Origin: a bacterium
Lineage (GTDB): Bacteria > Patescibacteriota > Minisyncoccia > Phycocordibacterales > UBA918
DNA length: 64,000 nucleotides
Direction of reading: 5' to 3'
NCBI GenBank assembly: GCA_030430425.1
Contig: JAUIFS010000001.1
Location: 5,992 to 69,991, forward strand
The notes under the pieces were generated by a model that saw nothing but the letters and a program-made list of their open reading frames with translations, made no database searches and was not told where the DNA came from. Of the stretch, positions 56,722-64,000 are shown piece by piece. A program made the position numbers and the translations under genes. Every line of letters begins with the position of its first letter. Position 1 is the first letter of the stretch.

Positions 56722-57958
56722 GTCTCTGCACATGCCTACATTTACGTACACAGGGGAAGATAAAGACGGAACAGCGATAACACAAACAGTCGAGGCAGCA
56801 GATCGTTTTGCAGTGTATGAGATTGCACGTGTTGCGGGGCACACGGTACACAACATCGGTGCACAGAAGAAAATCAATATACAGCAGTTGCTCAATGTAG
56901 AGAAAATAGAATATGCACTGAGTCGAGTGAAGCAAGATGAATTGGTGATGATGACGCGCAACCTCGGGTCTATGCTCGTTGCCGGACTGCCACTTTCTCG
57001 CGCACTTTCAGTGATCGAGCGTCAGAGTAAAAACCCAAAACTAAAAGGAGTTATTACAGACGTTGCTGAACGTATTAATACAGGTGAAGGGTTTCACGAA
57101 GCTATTGGACGGTATCCAAAGATTTTTAGTGATCTCTACGTCGCCATGGTGCGCGCAGGAGAAGAGAGTGGGAAAATGGCTGAAGCGCTCCACACACTGA
57201 GTATCCAAATGGAACGCTCATCTTCTTTGAAGAAAAAAATTAAGGGTGCAATGATCTATCCTGCAATTGTTATTACTATCCTGGTCATCATTGGGGTGTT
57301 GATGATGATCTTTGTAATGCCGTCAATCACTGACACGTTTAAAAAACTTGATGTTGATTTGCCGATGACAACACAAATACTTATCCAGGTGAGTGATTTT
57401 ATGAGCCAAAATGCAGTACTTACTATTTTAGGAATGATCGGGTTTGTAGTGGGTTTCATTTTCGCACTGCGCAGCGGTCCAGGGAAGAAGATTGCGTCTT
57501 GGGTGATTCCGAAGCTTCCTATTATTGGGAATATGGCAAAGGAGACAAACGCAGCGCGAACTGCACGCACGCTTTCCTCGCTTCTTTCTTCAGGGGTGGA
57601 TGTTATTCGTTCTCTGAATATTACTGAAGAGGTGGTGCAAAATTATTATTATAAAAAAATTATTGCTGATGCTGCAAAACGTGTCGAAAAAGGAACCGCA
57701 CTGTCAGAAATATTTATTGAACGTGATGATTTATATCCGGTTCTCGTAGGGGAGATGATTCTCGTAGGGGAAGAGACAGGTAATATTGCAAAAATGCTTG
57801 AGGAACTTGCGGTGTTTTATGAGACAGAGGTGGAACAGAAAACGAAAGATCTTTCAACTATTATTGAACCACTGCTTATGGTTGTCATTGGGGGAACGGT
57901 AGGTTTCTTTGCGTTGGCAATGATTGCACCAATTTACTCAATTAGTGACAGTATCTAG
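56714..57958 (+). CDS. pilC: type IV pilus platform protein PilC/GspF
   Basis: AGEESG, KGAMIYP, VGEETG and IIEPL motifs. Confidence 0.93.
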   Translation: MNKSLHMPTFTYTGEDKDGTAITQTVEAADRFAVYEIARVAGHTVHNIGAQKKINIQQLLNVEKIEYALSRVKQDELVMMTRNLGSMLVAGLPLSRALSVIERQSKNPKLKGVITDVAERINTGEGFHEAIGRYPKIFSDLYVAMVRAGEESGKMAEALHTLSIQMERSSSLKKKIKGAMIYPAIVITILVIIGVLMMIFVMPSITDTFKKLDVDLPMTTQILIQVSDFMSQNAVLTILGMIGFVVGFIFALRSGPGKKIASWVIPKLPIIGNMAKETNAARTARTLSSLLSSGVDVIRSLNITEEVVQNYYYKKIIADAAKRVEKGTALSEIFIERDDLYPVLVGEMILVGEETGNIAKMLEELAVFYETEVEQKTKDLSTIIEPLLMVVIGGTVGFFALAMIAPIYSISDSI

Positions 57959-57968
57959 TATTTAGTTT

Positions 57969-59753
57969 ATGCATGTACGCACAAAACAGGTAGCGCAAAA
58001 TACGAAGTATTTTGCGCTACCTGTTTTTAGAAGGGGGTATACATTTATTGAATTACTGGTGACTATTGCAATTTTTACACTTGTATTTACGGCATTATTT
58101 GCAGGTGTACAAGCTTCACTTTCACTCGTGGGGACTTCTAAGGCACAAGCGGGGGCTTTAGCACTTATGGTTGATCGAATGGAGTACTTACGATCACTTC
58201 CGTACAACGATCTTGGGACTATCTCAGGCGTACCAGCCGGATCAATTCCTCAAAATCGTACTGTTTCGATAAACGGCATTGAGTATACAGAGCGTGTTTT
58301 AGTACAGTATGTTGATGATGATGCCGATGGTGTCGGCGGCGCAGATAGCAATGGAATTCTTGCTGATTACAAACAAGTCAAAATTGAATATTCGTGGACG
58401 GTGGGTGGAAAATCAAACAGCGCTGCACTTGTTTCAAATATGATCCCTACTGGGATTGAGACAACTGCAGGTGGCGGAACTATCCGTGTAAATGTGTTTG
58501 ATGCGGGAGTACTTCCAGTTGTTGGTGCGTCGGTACGTTTTGTAAATAATTCATTGAGTAGTCCTATTGATACCACACGATACACCGATCCTACGGGAGT
58601 TGCGTATCTTTCAGGTGCTCCCGCCGGTGCTGATTACGAGATTACCGTTACTGATACCAATTACTCAACAGACGGAACGCATACGGCAACAACGTCAAAT
58701 CCAAACCCAACCACACCACCTGTTGCAGTACTTGAAAGCCAGGTTTCAACGATGAACTTTCAGATCGACGAACTGAGTGATTTGCGTATAAAAACAGTTG
58801 CACCTGCAACATTCGGTTCATATACAGACACGTTTACTGATACAACAGGTCTCTATACGCAAGCAAGCACTACCGTTGGCGGCGGAAGTCTCATGTTAGC
58901 TGCTGATGCAGGAGTATATCGACCATACGGTGTTACGGTAAGTGCAAGTACCACACCAGGAACTATTGCTGCTTGGTATATGCTCGATTTTTCAGCTACC
59001 ACCTCAGCGTCAACGTCAGTTGCAGTGTCTGTGTTGTATGACAATGGGGGAACCATGCAGCATGTTCCCGATGGAGACTTGCCAGGGAACAGTGCGGGGT
59101 TTACATCTGCGCCAGTGGATCTTTCAGCGCTTGATGTTTCTACCTACGACACACTTGGTATACAGGCAACATTAGAGACAATTGACGGAGCGTACACCCC
59201 TGAGATATATGATTGGGAGCTTCGTCATATTGTTTCACAAAGTCCAATCTCTGGAGTGGCAATGGAAATAAGTGGCAGTAAAAGTATTGGAACCGATGGC
59301 GCAGCACAGCCAGTATTAAAATACAGTGACACCGGAACTACTGATGGTTCAGGAGAATGGGACCAACCCAACATCGAATATGATCTGTATGATATTGCAG
59401 TGGTCAGTGCTGGATACGATGTCTATGAAGTATGTCCAGTTGTACCGTATGCTCTGGACCCTGGTGTATCAGAAGAGATCTTGTTTATATTGGGAGCAGC
59501 TGCAGGAAATATGCTTCGCGTGCATGTAACTGAAACTGATGGTACGCCAATTCCTAACGCAACGGTGCGTCTTGAAAATACGGGGGTGGATGAACTGTCA
59601 GTGACTTCTTTGTGTGGACAAGCGTACTTTAGTAGTGGTTTGTATGCAGATAGTAACTATACACTCACTACGTCGGCTGCAGGATTTACTACTGACGTAT
59701 CTACGGGGGTAGAAGTGACCAGTAGCAGTACGGTAACCGTTATACTTAACTAA
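57969..59753 (+). CDS. large minor pilin with carboxypeptidase-regulatory-like repeats
   Basis: RRG/YTFIELLV class III signal, E.LRSLPY, beta-rich repeats. Confidence 0.8.
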   Translation: MHVRTKQVAQNTKYFALPVFRRGYTFIELLVTIAIFTLVFTALFAGVQASLSLVGTSKAQAGALALMVDRMEYLRSLPYNDLGTISGVPAGSIPQNRTVSINGIEYTERVLVQYVDDDADGVGGADSNGILADYKQVKIEYSWTVGGKSNSAALVSNMIPTGIETTAGGGTIRVNVFDAGVLPVVGASVRFVNNSLSSPIDTTRYTDPTGVAYLSGAPAGADYEITVTDTNYSTDGTHTATTSNPNPTTPPVAVLESQVSTMNFQIDELSDLRIKTVAPATFGSYTDTFTDTTGLYTQASTTVGGGSLMLAADAGVYRPYGVTVSASTTPGTIAAWYMLDFSATTSASTSVAVSVLYDNGGTMQHVPDGDLPGNSAGFTSAPVDLSALDVSTYDTLGIQATLETIDGAYTPEIYDWELRHIVSQSPISGVAMEISGSKSIGTDGAAQPVLKYSDTGTTDGSGEWDQPNIEYDLYDIAVVSAGYDVYEVCPVVPYALDPGVSEEILFILGAAAGNMLRVHVTETDGTPIPNATVRLENTGVDELSVTSLCGQAYFSSGLYADSNYTLTTSAAGFTTDVSTGVEVTSSSTVTVILN

Positions 59754-59755
59754 GT

Positions 59756-60358
59756 ATGCAAAAAAAATGTATACCACAAAAAGGAATGACCTTAGTTGAG
59801 GTAATTATTGTCTCGACACTTTTTTCACTCATCATGTTTGCTGTCGGAGAAAGTATTGCAACCATGTATCGCTCTAATGCGTATACAATTGCACAGTCAT
59901 TTCAAGTGCAGCATGCACGGAAAGGCGTCCAGGCCTTGGTGCGCGATATTCGTGAAATGACGTATGCTGACGACGGCACGTTTCCACTTGCAGATATGCA
60001 AGAGCATCGCATCGGATTTTATAGTGACATTGATCGAGACAGTAGTGTTGAGTATGTTGAGTATGAGCTTGCAACAAACACCCTGAGTAAACGTGTTTAC
60101 AATGCCACAGGATCACCCGCAACGTATGACACTTCTGCATCTGATGAGACATATATACTTTCAGAGTATGTACAAAATCAGGACTATGGCACATCAACAT
60201 TTTACTACTTTGATGAAAATGGAAATGAAGCAACTGCAACTTCTACCGTAACTGATATCCGTTTTATCCGCGTGCAATCTATTATCAACATCGATCCTAT
60301 TCGTGATCCAGGACAATTTATGTTGCGCAGTAGCGCGTCGTTGCGTAATGTTAACTAA
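59756..60358 (+). CDS. prepilin-type (PilW-like) minor pilin
   Basis: KG/MTLVEVII signal; C-terminal LRN. Confidence 0.85.
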   Translation: MQKKCIPQKGMTLVEVIIVSTLFSLIMFAVGESIATMYRSNAYTIAQSFQVQHARKGVQALVRDIREMTYADDGTFPLADMQEHRIGFYSDIDRDSSVEYVEYELATNTLSKRVYNATGSPATYDTSASDETYILSEYVQNQDYGTSTFYYFDENGNEATATSTVTDIRFIRVQSIINIDPIRDPGQFMLRSSASLRNVN

Positions 60359-60368
60359 TACATAAGCT

Positions 60369-61778
60369 ATGAGTACTTTTCAATCTAATGCACAAAAAGG
60401 AACACTGTTGGTATTGGTGCTTGTGTTTGGAGCAGTATTTTTCGTAATGGCAGCAAGTTTTCTTAATTATTTTGTATCACAATCAGAATTACAAAAGTCT
60501 AAATACCAACTCGGGCAAGCGCGTGAGATAGCTGAAGCTGGACTTAATTATTACAAATGGTACTTAGCACATTATCCAGACGACGTAACTCATGGCACCG
60601 GCGTACCAGGTCCGTATACGCTTCCATACGATGATCCGGAGCTAGGAACTATAGGTGAATACTCACTTGAGATTGCCAGTAGTACCTTTTGTGGGCAGGT
60701 GAGTTCTATTGAAATCACATCAACAGGTCACACGTATGAGAATCCAAACATGGCACAAACTATTTATGCTCGCTATGCACGTCCTACCGTTGCAGAGTAT
60801 GCGTACATCATTAACTCAAATGTATGGGCAGGTGCTGACCGAACGATTATTGGTCCGTATCATTCAAACGGCGGTGTGCGTATGGACGGGACAAACAATT
60901 CCACGGTAACGTCTGGACAGGCAACCTGGAACTGCACGAGTTCGTTTGGCTGTAGTCCCTCCGATGCAAATGCTGATGGGGTTGTAGGGAGTGGTCCGAA
61001 CTTTGATTTGTGGACGTTCCCATCAACACCGATTAACTTCACGGGACTCACTGTTGATCTTGCACTCATGCGTGATCGTGCAGAAAACGGTGGTGGTATC
61101 TACATTCCACCATCTGGTGATTATGGGTATCGTGTGACTTTTGAAAGTGATGGGGATGTAGTTGTTCGTGTAGTAGATCGTACATGGAGCCACTACGAGT
61201 ATTCATCTGATGATGGTTGGTATGTTGCACGAAATCTCATTCGTGACGATGATCCTTATGCAACCTATACGCTTAATGAAGCGTGCCCACTCATTTTTGT
61301 TGAAGACAAAGTATGGCTTGAAGGTGAGGTGCCAGGGAAGGTTACGATTGCTGCGGCAGATACTGATACGCCGGGAAATGATTTTTCAATAATTCTGCAC
61401 GATAATATTACCTATGCCACTGCCAGTTCAGGATTGCTTGCAATCGCTGAAGAAGATGTTCTGGTGGGTTACGATGTGCCGAACAATATGGAGCTCAATG
61501 GTATCTTTATTGCGCAAAACGGTAAATTTGGAAGGAATCGTTACACTTCCTCAGTAAATGGTGGTGATCGGTGTCGTAATTCGTTAACTATTCATGGCAC
61601 AATAGTATCTAATGGTCGCGTTGGTACGAAGTGGTCTGGTTCAGGATGTGGTGGATACAACTCAGGCTTTGATATTCGCTATAACTCATATGATAGAGAC
61701 CTTGTGAATGATCCACCGCCACTTGCGCCGCACACCTCGGACGATTTTCGATTTATTGAATGGAGGGAGATGTATTAA
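60369..61778 (+). CDS. PilX-like minor pilin
   Basis: KG/TLLVLVLV (no E5), A..IAEAG, C-terminal YD..L...PPP...W.E. Confidence 0.82.
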   Translation: MSTFQSNAQKGTLLVLVLVFGAVFFVMAASFLNYFVSQSELQKSKYQLGQAREIAEAGLNYYKWYLAHYPDDVTHGTGVPGPYTLPYDDPELGTIGEYSLEIASSTFCGQVSSIEITSTGHTYENPNMAQTIYARYARPTVAEYAYIINSNVWAGADRTIIGPYHSNGGVRMDGTNNSTVTSGQATWNCTSSFGCSPSDANADGVVGSGPNFDLWTFPSTPINFTGLTVDLALMRDRAENGGGIYIPPSGDYGYRVTFESDGDVVVRVVDRTWSHYEYSSDDGWYVARNLIRDDDPYATYTLNEACPLIFVEDKVWLEGEVPGKVTIAAADTDTPGNDFSIILHDNITYATASSGLLAIAEEDVLVGYDVPNNMELNGIFIAQNGKFGRNRYTSSVNGGDRCRNSLTIHGTIVSNGRVGTKWSGSGCGGYNSGFDIRYNSYDRDLVNDPPPLAPHTSDDFRFIEWREMY

Positions 61779-61958
61779 TATACATCTCCCCCCTGATTGC
61801 TACGAGAGTCGCAATGGTCGATCTGGGTCCTCATTTGAAGCAGGATGAGTTGGAGGGAGTGCACGAGATACAAAAGTACAGAAAAGAACACGATGTAATA
61901 ACGTCGTGTTCTTTTCCCATGATACAATCAATCTATTAGAAATAGCATTGATTGCAGC

Positions 61959-62741
61959 ATGAAATCACACATCCCTCTCATTGTCGGGAACTGGAAAATG
62001 AATCCCGCAACACTTGGAAAAGCGCGAAAGCTCTTTCTTGATACTCGAAAAGAAATTGGGCGGAAGAAATTAGAAACGCAAATAGCAGTAGCACCGCCAT
62101 TCCCATTTCTTTCGGAAATGCAGCGGCTGTCTCCATCGCAGCGTATTGGACTTGCAGCACAGGACGTTTTTTTTGAAAGTATTGGTGCACATACTGGGGA
62201 GGTGTCTTTGCCGATGTTGAAGAGTGTGGGAGTTAGTTCAGTAATTGTTGGACATTCTGAACGGCGCGCAGCAGGAGAGACTGATGAAGAGATATATAAA
62301 GACATACAAGCAATTTTCAAAAGTGGTGTGACTGCTATTGTCTGTGTGGGAGAAAAGGCGCGTGATGCACAGGGCAACTATTTTGGTATTGTTGAAGCAC
62401 AAATACGCTCTGCCATCCGGAGCATTCCAAAGACAAAACTAAAACAGCTTGTCATTGCGTACGAACCGGTGTGGGCAATTGGTACGGGCAACCATGCAAC
62501 TGCTGAAGATGTGCACGAAATGAAACTTTTTATACAGAAAATTATCGCTGATCAATTTGGAAGAGATGCTATTAAAAAAGTGCGTGTCCTCTATGGCGGC
62601 TCAGTGAAAAAGAAAAATGCGCACGCGTTGTTAGCAGTGGGGCAGGTAGATGGGTTTCTTATCGGGGGAGCAAGCCTCAAGCCAAAAGAGTTTGCAGCGA
62701 TTATTCATATAGCAGAATCACATGGAAAAGGCACCCTTTAA
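61959..62741 (+). CDS. tpiA: triosephosphate isomerase
   Basis: GNWKMN, GHSERR, AYEPVWAIGTG and LYGGSV motifs. Confidence 0.97.
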   Translation: MKSHIPLIVGNWKMNPATLGKARKLFLDTRKEIGRKKLETQIAVAPPFPFLSEMQRLSPSQRIGLAAQDVFFESIGAHTGEVSLPMLKSVGVSSVIVGHSERRAAGETDEEIYKDIQAIFKSGVTAIVCVGEKARDAQGNYFGIVEAQIRSAIRSIPKTKLKQLVIAYEPVWAIGTGNHATAEDVHEMKLFIQKIIADQFGRDAIKKVRVLYGGSVKKKNAHALLAVGQVDGFLIGGASLKPKEFAAIIHIAESHGKGTL

Positions 62742-63864
62742 AAGCGTTACACAGTGTAAAGGGTTGCAAGGGACCTATGTGCTTCTTCGCACTTCCATCA
62801 ATGTTCCTATTGTTGATGGTGAGGTATTTAATCAGTTTCGGATTATGCGCAGTCTTCCAACGATTCAATACTTGGTAGAGCAGGGTGCGCGTGTGATTGC
62901 GTGTGGTCACATTGGAAGTGACGGTGCACAAAGTACAAAACCAGTTGCGGACATCATTGGAAAGTATGCACCAGTGCATTTTTCTACGGAAGTTTCTGGT
63001 GTTACCTCAAAGAATTTCCGTGACGAACTCAAAGATGGAGAAGTGCTCTTTCTTGAGAACCTCCGTAAAGATCCTCGTGAAAAACAAAATGATGCTGATT
63101 TTGCACGTGAACTCGCTGATTTAGCTGATGTGTATGTAAACGATGCATTTCCTGTATCACATCGGGAACATGCATCGATTGTAGGAGTGCCTGCGTTTCT
63201 TCCTTCATATGTAGGTATGAACTTCGTACATGAGTTTACCGAACTCACGAAGGCACTCACACCCAAAAAGCCAGCTCTCTTCTTACTGGGAGGAGCAAAG
63301 TTTGATACAAAAATGCCGCTGGTTGAGAAATTTTTGTCTATTTATGACCACTTATTTATTGGAGGTGCGCTTGCAAATGATTTCTTCAAAGCAAAAGGGT
63401 ATGAGGTGGGCACCTCACTTGTTTCAGATATCGATCTTTCAGACAGTCCGTTGCTTGCGCATGAACAGATTCTGCTTCCGATTGATGTAGTGGTGAGTGA
63501 TGGCAAAGAAACGCGCGTATGTGGACCTGATGCAGTACAGAAAAACGAAGCGATTGTAGACGCTGGTCCCCAAACAGTCGCGATGCTCACACCGCTTATT
63601 GCACATGCACAGATGGTGCTTTGGAATGGTCCGTTTGGAAACTATGAAGCAGGGTTCGATACGTATACTATGGAAACTGCAAAACTAATTGGTGCTGCCG
63701 ATGGCTATTCGGTAGTTGGTGGGGGAGACACCGTTGCGGTTATTGAGTCGCTCTTCTGTCAAGAAAAATATAGCTTCCTTTCAACGGCCGGAGGAGCTAT
63801 GCTTTCGTTTTTAGAAAATGGAACGGTGTCTGCAATTGAAGCACTTAAGAGTGCTGCTAAGTAG
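62722..63864 (+). CDS. pgk: phosphoglycerate kinase
   Basis: LENLR, YVNDAF..SHR.HAS, LGGAK, WNGP, GGGDT and STAGGA motifs. Confidence 0.96.
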   Translation: MEKAPFKSVTQCKGLQGTYVLLRTSINVPIVDGEVFNQFRIMRSLPTIQYLVEQGARVIACGHIGSDGAQSTKPVADIIGKYAPVHFSTEVSGVTSKNFRDELKDGEVLFLENLRKDPREKQNDADFARELADLADVYVNDAFPVSHREHASIVGVPAFLPSYVGMNFVHEFTELTKALTPKKPALFLLGGAKFDTKMPLVEKFLSIYDHLFIGGALANDFFKAKGYEVGTSLVSDIDLSDSPLLAHEQILLPIDVVVSDGKETRVCGPDAVQKNEAIVDAGPQTVAMLTPLIAHAQMVLWNGPFGNYEAGFDTYTMETAKLIGAADGYSVVGGGDTVAVIESLFCQEKYSFLSTAGGAMLSFLENGTVSAIEALKSAAK

Positions 63865-63909
63865 TCTTAAATGTCTGGATGTGGTATTCTCAGTTTAGAG
63901 GAGAATACT

Positions 63910-64000
63910 ATGGCAGATGAATTTGAAAAAAGGTATCGAAAGAACCTAAAACGTCTCAAGGAAAGACCTGTTCGAACAAGTGAGCCACACAACCCTGGAC
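63910..64000 (+). CDS. hypothetical protein, 5' end (runs off window)
   Basis: GAGGAG SD, then MADEFEKRYRKNLKRLKERP..., open to the window end. Confidence 0.5.
   Translation, partial: MADEFEKRYRKNLKRLKERPVRTSEPHNPG

Noticed and set aside
441-63590. Numerous 60-240 aa ORFs antisense to or nested in recognised genes
   Set aside because: They are shadows of well-supported genes with no recognisable motifs.

Overview
The window looks like chromosomal DNA of a Patescibacteria (CPR) bacterium, most likely Parcubacteria/Paceibacteria (Kaiserbacteria-like). This is inferred from gene content, compact genes and mostly SD-less, near-leaderless core genes; the code appears standard (table 11). From left to right it holds: the end of a CPR T4SS-like cluster (VirB4, PrgI/VirB3, VirB6-like), rsmA, pcrA, a LysM-M23 peptidase, comM, pnp-NYN-rpsO, a Xer recombinase, xth, cca, four tRNAs, pta, def, yraN, corA, an ECF sigma pair, mscS, hup, pheA, rny, clpP-tig, ppaC, nusA, a type IV pilus cluster, tpiA and pgk. 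The most notable non-coding signals are five. (1) A ~600-nt, highly structured putative large ncRNA (about 25400-26050) with its own sigma70 promoter, operator-like palindromes and terminator. (2) A cluster of 12 parS-like sites (33121-35509), half inside coding sequence, flanking a DnaA-box/AT-rich candidate oriC. (3) A 127-bp element with terminal inverted repeats and a 5-bp target duplication exactly at the xer start codon. (4) Two divergent structured sRNA candidates next to tRNA-Gly. (5) Inverted copies of tRNA 3' ends lying just beyond the tRNA terminators. All calls come from reading the sequence by eye; no searches were run.
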